Source of the DNA: an uncultured Acidimicrobiales bacterium
GTDB lineage: Bacteria > Actinomycetota > Acidimicrobiia > Acidimicrobiales > SHLQ01
Reading direction: 5' to 3'
DNA length: 41,295 nt
Assembly (NCBI GenBank): GCA_937969345.1
Contig: CALBVK010000166.1
Location: 1 to 41,295, forward strand
Positions 16,997-25,298 of the stretch are shown here, one piece after another; the stretch's first letter is position 1; each line of letters opens with the position of its first letter. Below the pieces are notes generated by a model. The model saw only the letters and a program-made list of their open reading frames with translations. It did not search any database and was not told the DNA's origin. The translations under genes were made by a program, and so were the position numbers.

Positions 16997-19351
16997 CTAT
17001 CGAAGGTGGCGCCACGTCCCGACGTGATCACGCCAAACATTGATCGGGTTCGCATGACGGAGCCACCAGGCGCTTCGTCCCTCTGACTCTCGCGCCTTCG
17101 CAGCAAGAGCAGCCGTAACGCTCTCGGCATCATCGGCCCGTGAACCATCGACTTGCTCACCAGCGAACGTCACGTTGGTGACCTCGGTCGCAAGCGGCCG
17201 CAATGCCTGAGCCGTATCGGGTTGGGTTTTCTCGAGCCGAGCAACAAGCTCGCGAGGGGTCTCCGAGATACGAATTGGCACGCCCATGAATTCGAGCGCT
17301 GACTTGGATTCCGCCCAGGCAAGGCCAATACGGCCACGAGGGTCGTGGGCCACAGCCCGATAGCGACGCTGTGCCCGCCAGCGAGCGAACAGGAGCGGGC
17401 CGAGAGCGACGAGGATCAGGGCGCTTAGGCCAGCGAGCCAGGCAAACACGACGCCAGCGGAGATCTCGCCGACGCTACCGATAACCCCCGACGTTGCTCG
17501 GTCCGATGTTGGAGCGAGGGTAGTGGTTGTCTCGGGCACGGCTTCGGACTGAGGGATCGTGGTGGCGTTCGGGCCGGGCTGGTTTGGGTTGACCTCGGGA
17601 ACCGTCGTCGACGGAGCGTTCGTTGCACCGCCGCCTTCTTGAGCTTCAGCTTGTCCGGTGTAGGACTCGTCGCCGGGGGCGCCACGTCCGGGCGTCGGTT
17701 CAAAGCGCAGCCAACCAATGTCTTCGATCCATACCTCGGGCCAGGCGTGTGCGTGCTTACCGTTGACCCGATACGCCTCGATCGCTGGATCCCATTCGCC
17801 GGGGGTGAAGCCAACAGCCACACGTGCGGGCAAGCCGATCGACCGGGCCATTGCGGCATAGGAACCAGCGAACTGCTCGCAGTACCCGGCCCGAACTTCG
17901 AACAGGAAGTCCTCGATACGGGAGGATCCATGACCGGCCGAGACGTCGAGGCTGTAACTGAACAACGTCGGGTCGCGGAAGTAGTTCTGGAGTGCCAGGG
18001 CTTTTTCGTATGGCGTTTCGGCGCCCGCCACCACATCGACAGCCTGATCACGAACCGCCTGGCTAAAGTCCGGTGGCAAGTCAAGATATCGCTCGGCGAT
18101 GTCACCGGGAATGCCATCGCCAGCCGCAGCGATGGCCTGTGCGTCGCGCTGGGGTACGGCGGACAACAGTGTGTAGATCAGTCCGTCGGAGTTCTCCGTT
18201 TCGCGATTGACGATGAGGGTGCCGGATTCGGGTTCGTACTCGAGCTTGACATCATCGGGGGCGGCAAGAACCTCGGTGGGCTCATAGGCAGCCGGCAGCC
18301 AGATTTCCCCGAGGCGGTCGATGTCGAAGCGCTGGGTCACCGCCTCAAACGTGGTGCCATCGGGCAGGTCGGTGTCGAGCTCCCCAGCCGCCTCTTCGAA
18401 CGATCCACGTGACCGCCAGATGCGGCCGTCGAAGACATCGAGTGACGTGATGCGCCAATAGTCCTTGACGGGCGACGCAACCGTAAACACCTCGACATCT
18501 GGCTGGTTGATCAGCCGGGATTGGATATCGACGAGCGGCGACAACACCACGCGGGGTTCTTCGGGGTCGTCCCACGTCGTCGGGTCGAAGTTCTCGATCG
18601 GCGGTTCGTTGTAGCCGGGGAGCGCCTGAGCCACGCTGACACCACCGATAAGCGTGACCGCCAAGATCGCGGCCCCAACCCGAAAGAGCGACGCCTGGCC
18701 GCGTTCTGCTGCACCGGCGCCTAACCATGCGCCAGCGGTCGAGGTTTCGCCCAGTCGATGGAAGAGCACGAGGGCGAGCCCAGCAACAAGTATGAATACC
18801 GTGGTTTCGACGCGAGCTTGCTCGGCTGCGAAGAACGATCCAAAGATAAAGACCGCCGCACCGGGGATCAGCGCCTCACCCGGAGAACGAAGCCGGAACG
18901 CGGCCCAGTCGGCCAAAAACGCAATAACCCACGTAACGATCGCGATGAGCAACAGGAATGGAGCGGTGACGATGGCGGGGGAGGAGACCGTCTGAAACTG
19001 TTCCCAAGCCAGCTGCAAGTCGGTCCCGTAACCACGGAGAGCAATAGTGCCTGGGCTGATCGGTGGCTCGATCGTCGTGGGCGGGAACAGTAACCACGTG
19101 GTGACGGCAAACCCGATGGCTGAAATGAACGCCGAGATAAACAAGCCTCCGCGAGCCCACCGGACAGCTGCGGCGAGGACATGTGCGGACACGGCCACCG
19201 CAGCCACCGGCACAAAGAACGAGGTGTCGATGAAGAGCCTCTTGAAGCTGTAGACGATCGCGACCGTAAACAGAACGAGCAGGAGCTCGGTGGCGATGTC
19301 GTAACTCGACGTCGGCATGCGGCGAACGTGGCCGCGGCGGCGAGGGATCAC
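16997..19351 (-). CDS. Transglutaminase-like protein TgpA family (DUF3488 + TG core)
   Basis: Multi-TM N-terminus; GYCEQFA (Cys), HAWPEV (His), FEPT; start uncertain (GTG 19351 or ATG 19318). Confidence 0.92.
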   Translation of the reverse strand: MIPRRRGHVRRMPTSSYDIATELLLVLFTVAIVYSFKRLFIDTSFFVPVAAVAVSAHVLAAAVRWARGGLFISAFISAIGFAVTTWLLFPPTTIEPPISPGTIALRGYGTDLQLAWEQFQTVSSPAIVTAPFLLLIAIVTWVIAFLADWAAFRLRSPGEALIPGAAVFIFGSFFAAEQARVETTVFILVAGLALVLFHRLGETSTAGAWLGAGAAERGQASLFRVGAAILAVTLIGGVSVAQALPGYNEPPIENFDPTTWDDPEEPRVVLSPLVDIQSRLINQPDVEVFTVASPVKDYWRITSLDVFDGRIWRSRGSFEEAAGELDTDLPDGTTFEAVTQRFDIDRLGEIWLPAAYEPTEVLAAPDDVKLEYEPESGTLIVNRETENSDGLIYTLLSAVPQRDAQAIAAAGDGIPGDIAERYLDLPPDFSQAVRDQAVDVVAGAETPYEKALALQNYFRDPTLFSYSLDVSAGHGSSRIEDFLFEVRAGYCEQFAGSYAAMARSIGLPARVAVGFTPGEWDPAIEAYRVNGKHAHAWPEVWIEDIGWLRFEPTPGRGAPGDESYTGQAEAQEGGGATNAPSTTVPEVNPNQPGPNATTIPQSEAVPETTTTLAPTSDRATSGVIGSVGEISAGVVFAWLAGLSALILVALGPLLFARWRAQRRYRAVAHDPRGRIGLAWAESKSALEFMGVPIRISETPRELVARLEKTQPDTAQALRPLATEVTNVTFAGEQVDGSRADDAESVTAALAAKARESEGRSAWWLRHANPINVWRDHVGTWRHLR

Positions 19352-19467
19352 GCCGATCCTGTCGAGAGCGCAGTGCGGAGGGTCACGGTCAATAGATTGT
19401 CATTGCAAGCCGCCCCTATGCAGTCGCTCAAAGACATGTTTTGGCAATCCTTACCGGGCGTTTTCAT
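19348..19467 (-). other. 39-aa bridge ORF between DUF58 and transglutaminase genes
   Basis: MKTPGKDCQNMSLSDCIGAACNDNLLTVTLRTALSTGSA*; ATGA overlap with DUF58 stop and GTGA overlap with TG start. Confidence 0.3.
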
Positions 19468-20639
19468 CGGGCGCTCCCCGACGACATCAACGTGGTGATG
19501 GATCGACTCCACACGCTCGCCAAATCCTGGATCGAGCCCAAACGCAACCGGATCTCCTTGCCGACGGCTTCGGTCGTGCTCGCCACCGCGGGAGCGCTCG
19601 TGTCCCAAACCGCGTGATCCATCGTCAAGAACATCACTCGCCCATAGGCCATGAGCTGCGAGGACGTCACGGTTGGATGCGGACCAGATACGACAACGAT
19701 CGCTCCCTGAGCGTCGGCCGGAACGATCGACCCGGGGCTCTCGCGCGAGGCTTGTTCGACAATGGCGAGGACGCTTAGGGCCTGCTCGACTCCCGAGGTG
19801 CCAAGCACGAAGTTTGTGTCATGTCCATCGCTGGTCAACAGTCGGAACGGATCGGAGCGATTGCGCATCGACGAAATAAGCGACGCTGCTACGGACGCGC
19901 CTTTGTCGACCGCCAAAATCGAATCCATCGACGCATTGTCGAGCAACACCGTCAAGTGGTTCTGGGTCGGGGCCTCGTCCTCGCGAACGATCAAGTCGTC
20001 GTGGCGTGCCGAGGCAGCCCAGTTGATACGGCGAATGTCGTCACCAGGCACGTACTGGCGCAACGCATGAAATTCTTCGCTGCGTCCGCCGAGAAACTCG
20101 GGCACATCGGACATCGACCGTCTCTCGGTCGCTGGCGACGGCGGTGCTGCCGGCAACGGAACGACCTCGGGATACACGACGAGCTTTCCGAGACTCGGGG
20201 CGGTGAATCGTCGTGTTGCGAGGCCGAAGGGGTCCGACGCTTCGAAGTCGACGGGACCGACATTGACCACGCCACGACGTTCGGTTGGCAACTTGTACGC
20301 AGCGCGGGTTACTTCGTCAGGACGCAGCGGACTAACGAACAGCTGAGCTCCGGTGGTTCCCTGTACGTTGTCCGTCAGGCGCATGACGGGAGCCTTCGCC
20401 GACCCGTTGCGGACCGCAAGCTCGACCCGCCCTACCGAACCCACATGGAGTCGAGATGGCGTAACGGTACGACCAACGCCCAGCTGAAGAGGGCGCATTA
20501 CGGCAACGACGACAGCAATGACCGCAAGCGCGATCAGCGCGGTACCGATGATGTACAGCTCGACCATGCCAAAGAGACGGCCAGCGACGATCGAGACCGC
20601 GCCAAACAGGAAGCACAGCCAACCGCGGGTTGTAGGCAT
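19464..20639 (-). CDS. DUF58 domain protein
   Basis: SDPFGL and EFHALRQYVPGDDIRRINWAASAR motifs; N-terminal TMs. Confidence 0.92.
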   Translation of the reverse strand: MPTTRGWLCFLFGAVSIVAGRLFGMVELYIIGTALIALAVIAVVVAVMRPLQLGVGRTVTPSRLHVGSVGRVELAVRNGSAKAPVMRLTDNVQGTTGAQLFVSPLRPDEVTRAAYKLPTERRGVVNVGPVDFEASDPFGLATRRFTAPSLGKLVVYPEVVPLPAAPPSPATERRSMSDVPEFLGGRSEEFHALRQYVPGDDIRRINWAASARHDDLIVREDEAPTQNHLTVLLDNASMDSILAVDKGASVAASLISSMRNRSDPFRLLTSDGHDTNFVLGTSGVEQALSVLAIVEQASRESPGSIVPADAQGAIVVVSGPHPTVTSSQLMAYGRVMFLTMDHAVWDTSAPAVASTTEAVGKEIRLRLGSIQDLASVWSRSITTLMSSGSAR

Positions 20640-20641
20640 TG

Positions 20642-21619
20642 TCAGCCGACGCTCGGAACTGCCACAGAGGCCAAGACGTCGTCGATAATGTTCGCCGCCG
20701 ACATCCCGCTCAATTGTGACTCGGGTGTGAGCATCACACGATGGGCGAGCACGGGACGAGCGAGTGCTTTGACATCGTCGGGAATGACGAAGGCTCGGCC
20801 CGAAGCCGCCGCCAATGCCCGGGCGACCCGTTGCATGCTCAAAATTGCACGTGGTGAAAGACCGAGACGAAGACCGGGATGATTGCGGGTCGCTGTGGCG
20901 ATGTCGAGCAGATAGCCCTTCAACTCCGGCGCAACATGAACCGAACCCAACGCGTTCGTCATCATGATCACGTCCTGGGGAGTCACCGCTGGGGTGAGGT
21001 CATCGACCGACACCCCGTTCTCGCCGTCTCCCTGCTGTTCGAGGATCTCAAGCTCTGCCTCACGGCTCGGATATCCAAGCGACAGCTTCATGAGAAAGCG
21101 GTCGAGCTGGCTCTCCGGCAACGGGTAGGTGCCCTCGTGGTCGAGCGGGTTCTGCGTCGCAATGACCATAAACGGGCCGGCGAGGTGATGGGTGTTGCGG
21201 TCGACGGTTACCTGTCGCTCCGCCATTGCCTCGAGCAGAGAGGATTGGGTCTTGGGCGACGCTCGGTTGATCTCATCGGCCAGCACGATGTTTGCAAACA
21301 CTGCGCCCGGGCGAAACTCAAACTCGCCGGTACCACGGTTCCATATCGACATGCCGACGACATCGGCCGGGAGTAGATCTGGAGTGAACTGAATACGGCC
21401 GCTCGATCCGCCGACCGTCGCCGACATTGCCTTGGCCAATGTGGTCTTGCCCAGACCAGGGGAGTCTTCGAGCAAGACGTGGCCTTCAGCGACCATCGCG
21501 AGAACCGCAAGCTGCACGATGTCGTGCTTGCCGCGGATCACGGTTTCGATGTTGTCAACCATGGACCGAAACAGAGTCGAGAACGTTTCCGTTCGGGTCG
21601 ATTGGGGGGTTGTCGTCAC
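20642..21619 (-). CDS. MoxR family AAA+ ATPase
   Basis: PGLGKT, RIQFTPDLLPAD, DEINRASPKTQSSLLEAM and ATQNP motifs; GAGGAG SD. Confidence 0.95.
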   Translation of the reverse strand: MTTTPQSTRTETFSTLFRSMVDNIETVIRGKHDIVQLAVLAMVAEGHVLLEDSPGLGKTTLAKAMSATVGGSSGRIQFTPDLLPADVVGMSIWNRGTGEFEFRPGAVFANIVLADEINRASPKTQSSLLEAMAERQVTVDRNTHHLAGPFMVIATQNPLDHEGTYPLPESQLDRFLMKLSLGYPSREAELEILEQQGDGENGVSVDDLTPAVTPQDVIMMTNALGSVHVAPELKGYLLDIATATRNHPGLRLGLSPRAILSMQRVARALAAASGRAFVIPDDVKALARPVLAHRVMLTPESQLSGMSAANIIDDVLASVAVPSVG

Positions 21620-21793
21620 CCGTTACTCCTCAGTTGTCATCGTTGCAATGCGGCAAAACCGCGAGTGCACCATGGTAGTTGTAGTCGCCCGTTGACCCAG
21701 TATTTGGTCAGCCGCGCCGGGGGCGCACCCCACACCAGTAGTAACACGAGTCCGAAGAAGCCTATTCACGTATTGAGCAATAGTCTGGTGAGA

Positions 21794-22060
21794 ATGACGA
21801 CGACGAACACGCCATCGGGCTGGGCGCTACAAAATGGAGTGGCGCTCGCCAAACGCCCCGACCTTTGGCGTACCGCGCTGCGATTGGCACGCAACCACGC
21901 TCCGGATCGCTGGTGGGCGACCAAGCCGTATCTACCGATCCCGGACGCATCTTGGATGGACTTTCGATTCGAAACGGCATTCGCCGACACCGAAGGTCGA
22001 CCCGAACCACACCAGTTCATCGAATATCTCGAGTGGGCCAAGAGCTGGAAGTATCTCTAG
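21794..22060 (+). CDS. Small hypothetical protein (88 aa)
   Basis: Trp/Pro-rich RPDLWRTALR...WWATKPYLPIPDASWMDFRFETAF; TAGTCT -10 lies 7 nt before the ATG. Confidence 0.7.
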   Translation: MTTTNTPSGWALQNGVALAKRPDLWRTALRLARNHAPDRWWATKPYLPIPDASWMDFRFETAFADTEGRPEPHQFIEYLEWAKSWKYL

Positions 22061-22206
22061 ATCTACGCCGCCAGCCTCCGGCTGATTTTGGCGGCTTCGA
22101 TCTAAAGATCCGCTCTTCCCCTTCGGGGAGCGTTCATTCGGCACGCAGCCTTTACGCCTGAGGCGGTGGTTGGTGGGCTCGGCGGTGGTTGGTGGGCTCG
22201 GCGGTG
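22058..22206. repeat. Intergenic hairpins plus 19-bp tandem repeat between convergent genes
   Basis: Nested inverted repeat 22058-22104; hairpin 22111-22132; GGCGGTGGTTGGTGGGCTC at 22162-22180 and 22181-22199 plus a partial third copy. Confidence 0.75.
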
Positions 22207-22213
22207 ATTTTGC

Positions 22214-22888
22214 TTAGTGGGTGGCTAGTTCGGTTTGGATTGCGTTGAGGATCTCGGTTGGGGAGTGTGGGATACCGACCGCTACATCTCGGAGGTCTGC
22301 GGCTGCACGGACCCGTTCCTCCGCCGATAGCGCTAGGAACGACGCGTGCCGGGGGCCGTCCCACCGACGAAGGATCGCAACCTGTAGACGGGCCGCGCTG
22401 CGGGTTCTGCGCTGAGACATGCCAACGAGCTTCTGCCCATCGAGGGTGAGCTCGCCCGGGCCAAGGCCTGCAAAGCACACGCGCCGTGACCAGGGAGAGT
22501 GCTGAAGGCGTCCGCCATACAGCTGCGTATCGACACCGAGCCCAAGCAGTGCGCGCTGACATGCAGCGCCGAGCCAATCGAAGCTCCGCCCCACGTCGGC
22601 GGACCACAACGGATCGCCTGACGGCAAAACAACGTCGAACCACACGAGGTCGGCTTGGCTCACCAGGACGGCGCCTCCACCGCTACGACGCTTGGCCACC
22701 GCGACCCTCTGATCTGCGAGCTCGTTGGCATCGACCGTGTCTGCGTGCTGCGAACTGCCCAACACCAACGTCTCGGCATCGGACAGCTGCGGGACCCACA
22801 GCGACCGTGGTGCGTCGTCGAACGGACGCGCATGGAACGACGCGGGGTCTTCGTCGATGAACTCGGCCGCAAAGCCCTTCATAGTCAC
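22214..22888 (-). CDS. Lipoate-protein ligase family catalytic-domain protein (LplA/LipL-like)
   Basis: LVLGSSQ, RRSGGGAV and KLVGMSQRR motifs; GTG 22888 lies 7 nt after TACGAT. Confidence 0.85.
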   Translation of the reverse strand: MTMKGFAAEFIDEDPASFHARPFDDAPRSLWVPQLSDAETLVLGSSQHADTVDANELADQRVAVAKRRSGGGAVLVSQADLVWFDVVLPSGDPLWSADVGRSFDWLGAACQRALLGLGVDTQLYGGRLQHSPWSRRVCFAGLGPGELTLDGQKLVGMSQRRTRSAARLQVAILRRWDGPRHASFLALSAEERVRAAADLRDVAVGIPHSPTEILNAIQTELATH

Positions 22889-23046
22889 AAAATGCATCGT
22901 ACGGCGAGATTTTCTTGGGACAAGCTCCCACTACGCGCCACCGGCCGACATTTCGCCGAATATCAACGGATATGTTGATATTTCGGCACTTCTAGTGGGT
23001 ACGAATGTTCGACCCTTCGCGAGATTTCTTGAGAAACATCTCAACA

Positions 23047-23110
23047 GTGGGTTCAATTTGACGAAAAGTGGGGAAAGATGCTTGCCTAGTGGGGCAAAGT
23101 GTCATACGGT
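23047..23110 (+). promoter_or_regulatory. dcw/mraZ promoter with MraZ-type GTGGG boxes
   Basis: GTGGG at 23047, 23068 and 23089, GTGTC at 23099; TTGCCT(23082)-N17-TACGGT(23105). Confidence 0.7.
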
Positions 23111-23164
23111 GTCTCAACATGGAGTACGGCACCACGCACCAACGATTCAACGGGGAGGGAAGCG

Positions 23165-23590
23165 ATGTTCGTCAATCACTACGAGCACTCCCTCGACTCG
23201 AAGAATCGTCTCGTGCTGCCAGCGAAGTTCCGCTCGAAACTGGGCGAACGGGTCTACCTCGCCCAGCAGGGCAGTTCCCTGGGCGTGTACTCCGAAGCGG
23301 CGTTCGCCGAGACCACCCAACGGTTGCTCGACCAAGTTCGATCCGGGGAGACCGATCCCCAAGCCCGGTTGGCTTTCGCAGCGAGCACCGTCGAGATCGA
23401 TATCGATTCAGCGGGACGCATCACGATTCCCCAACGGTTGCGCGAGATCGCCAACCTGACGGGCGACGTGATCGTGGCCGGAGCACTCACGCATGTGGAG
23501 ATCTGGGACCGCGAAGCCTACGAATCGATGGAAGCCACACTCAACAACGTGGTGCAAGAGCAGTTCAAAGCTGGGGGAACGATCAACTAA
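23165..23590 (+). CDS. mraZ: dcw cluster transcriptional repressor MraZ
   Basis: LDSKNRLVLPAKFR, IDSAGRITIP and VEIWD motifs; GGAGG SD. Confidence 0.95.
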   Translation: MFVNHYEHSLDSKNRLVLPAKFRSKLGERVYLAQQGSSLGVYSEAAFAETTQRLLDQVRSGETDPQARLAFAASTVEIDIDSAGRITIPQRLREIANLTGDVIVAGALTHVEIWDREAYESMEATLNNVVQEQFKAGGTIN

Positions 23591-23616
23591 GCGCCCTCTC
23601 GGTCGTATCGAGCGTG

Positions 23617-23674
23617 AACACGGATCTCGATCGGGTCTCTGGCTCATCGACTGCCAACACGGATCTCGATCGGG
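23617..23674 (+). repeat. 19-bp direct repeat with 39-bp period
   Basis: AACACGGATCTCGATCGGG at 23617-23635 and 23656-23674. Confidence 0.85.
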
Positions 23675-23701
23675 AGTATCGAGAAAGTCACAGGAGGGTC
23701 A

Positions 23702-23886
23702 GCTGAAGTAGCGAAAAACAGCGAGCAAGGCTCGTTCATTGACAGTCTCTCGGTTAGCAGATGGAAGGCCCCTACTCCGCCCGCTTGCCATCAGCTCGAT
23801 CAGGGGAGAAATCCTGACGTGCGCCCGTTAACCGAGGGACTGTCAATGGCCGAACCACATACCGCTCGCTCGTAACGCTCTCAGCG
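23702..23886 (+). ncRNA. Candidate cis-regulatory structured RNA in the rsmH leader (position of the mraW RNA motif)
   Basis: 20-bp stem 23737-23756/23829-23848 with one U-G wobble; two internal hairpins; additional outer stems. Confidence 0.55.
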
Positions 23887-23907
23887 GCGCCTTCCGTCGT
23901 GTTGATT

Positions 23908-24852
23908 ATGGAACGAACACCAGCAGCTGAACCTTCCGGGTTTCACCACGACCCGGTGATGCTCGACGAAATCCTCAGCATCATCGACGACCTACCTCCG
24001 GGAGTCTTTGCCGATCTCACCCTCGGGGGTGCAGGCCATGGCGTCGCCACACTCGAACAGCGGGAAGACTTGACCCTTCATGGATTCGATCGCGACGACG
24101 TTGCGCTCGAGGCGGCCGGACAGCGACTCTCGGCCTTCGGCGAACGTGCCGTACTGCACAAGACCCGCTTCGACCTCGCGGCCAGCTTGCTTCGCCAGAG
24201 CGACGTCCCGGCCATATCTGGCTTTTTGATGGACCTTGGCGTGTCGTCGCCGCAACTCGACGTCGGTGAACGCGGCTTCAGCTACCGAATCGACGGACCG
24301 CTCGACATGCGGATGGACAACGGCCAGTCACGCACCGCCGCCGACATTGTCAACACATACGCTCCGGGTGAACTAGTCGACGTGCTTCGTTCTTACGGCG
24401 ACGAACGCCATGCGGGACGTATCGTCGACGCGATCATGTCGGCGCGTCCGTTGTCGACGACTACCGAACTGGCCGAACTGGTCTCAAACGCCATTCCAGC
24501 AGCGGCGCGCCGCAAGAGCACTGGTCACCCAGCAAAGCGCACGTTTCAAGCCTTGCGCATCGAGGTCAACGACGAACTGAGCATCCTCGGTGACACGATC
24601 GACTCGATGATTCGGATGCTCGCTCCGGGAGGTGTTGGCCTCGTCCTCACCTATCACTCCGGCGAGGACCGCATTACCAAGGACCGCATGCGCAAGACCA
24701 TCGACGATGGGGCACTTCCGGGGATGCCAGCCACATCGGACTTCGAATGGTTCTTCCGTGGGGCAAAGACCGCGTCAGATGACGAACTCGAACGCAACCC
24801 TCGGGCGCGCTCGGCTCGTCTCCGAGCGATCCGAAGGCGGGACGACACGTGA
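23908..24852 (+). CDS. rsmH: 16S rRNA m4C1402 methyltransferase RsmH (MraW)
   Basis: HDPVMLDE, DLTLGGAGH, DLGVSSPQLD, FQALRIEVN, YHSGEDR and NPRARSARLR motifs. Confidence 0.97.
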   Translation: MERTPAAEPSGFHHDPVMLDEILSIIDDLPPGVFADLTLGGAGHGVATLEQREDLTLHGFDRDDVALEAAGQRLSAFGERAVLHKTRFDLAASLLRQSDVPAISGFLMDLGVSSPQLDVGERGFSYRIDGPLDMRMDNGQSRTAADIVNTYAPGELVDVLRSYGDERHAGRIVDAIMSARPLSTTTELAELVSNAIPAAARRKSTGHPAKRTFQALRIEVNDELSILGDTIDSMIRMLAPGGVGLVLTYHSGEDRITKDRMRKTIDDGALPGMPATSDFEWFFRGAKTASDDELERNPRARSARLRAIRRRDDT

Positions 24853-25298
24853 CCAACCGTCGAACACGGGTGGTCGAGTTCCTCGGGCTCCCGGCAATCT
24901 CCAATCGAATAAGCGAGCGTCGTGCACGCTCCGGCGATGTCGTCTTCTCGGTCATCGCCGTCGTGGTCGTTTTCGGCTCCCTTCTCGGAATCGTCGTCGT
25001 GCAGACCTTCATCGTGCAGAACCGAGTCCAGCTCGACGCGGTCAACAGCGAACTCTCGGTCGCCCGTGAGCGAAATCAGGAACTCCGGTTGCGAGTAATC
25101 GAACTCGAAGCCCCAGAGCGCATCTTGGACACCGCGGTGTCCCGGCTTGGAATGATTCGTCCCGATGAACGTACGTATCTCCCTGGTGTCGACCCCGACC
25201 TCGTCGAGATTCGACTTCCGCCACCGGGTAACCCGTTCGGCCCAGCGCCTCTGCCCGCCTCGCTCTACCCCGACACGACAACGGGGGAGACGCCATGA
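24849..25298 (+). CDS. ftsL: Cell division protein FtsL-like
   Basis: Single TM followed by coiled coil and LGM motif; lies between rsmH and ftsI. Confidence 0.75.
   Translation: MTNRRTRVVEFLGLPAISNRISERRARSGDVVFSVIAVVVVFGSLLGIVVVQTFIVQNRVQLDAVNSELSVARERNQELRLRVIELEAPERILDTAVSRLGMIRPDERTYLPGVDPDLVEIRLPPPGNPFGPAPLPASLYPDTTTGETP

Noticed and set aside
19395-21650. Similar TTGCA...ATGACAA strings upstream of moxR and the transglutaminase gene
   Set aside because: Short, differently spaced and only two instances; insufficient for an operator call.
22115-22121. CTTCCCC matching the mraW RNA motif loop
   Set aside because: Lies about 1.8 kb from rsmH, between convergent genes, and is paired in a stem rather than a loop.
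23607-23683. Possible mini CRISPR array
   Set aside because: Only two 19-bp repeats with a 20-bp spacer and no cas genes in the window.
23068-23706. 212-aa ORF overlapping mraZ in another frame
   Set aside because: No recognisable motifs; typical shadow ORF of GC-rich coding DNA.
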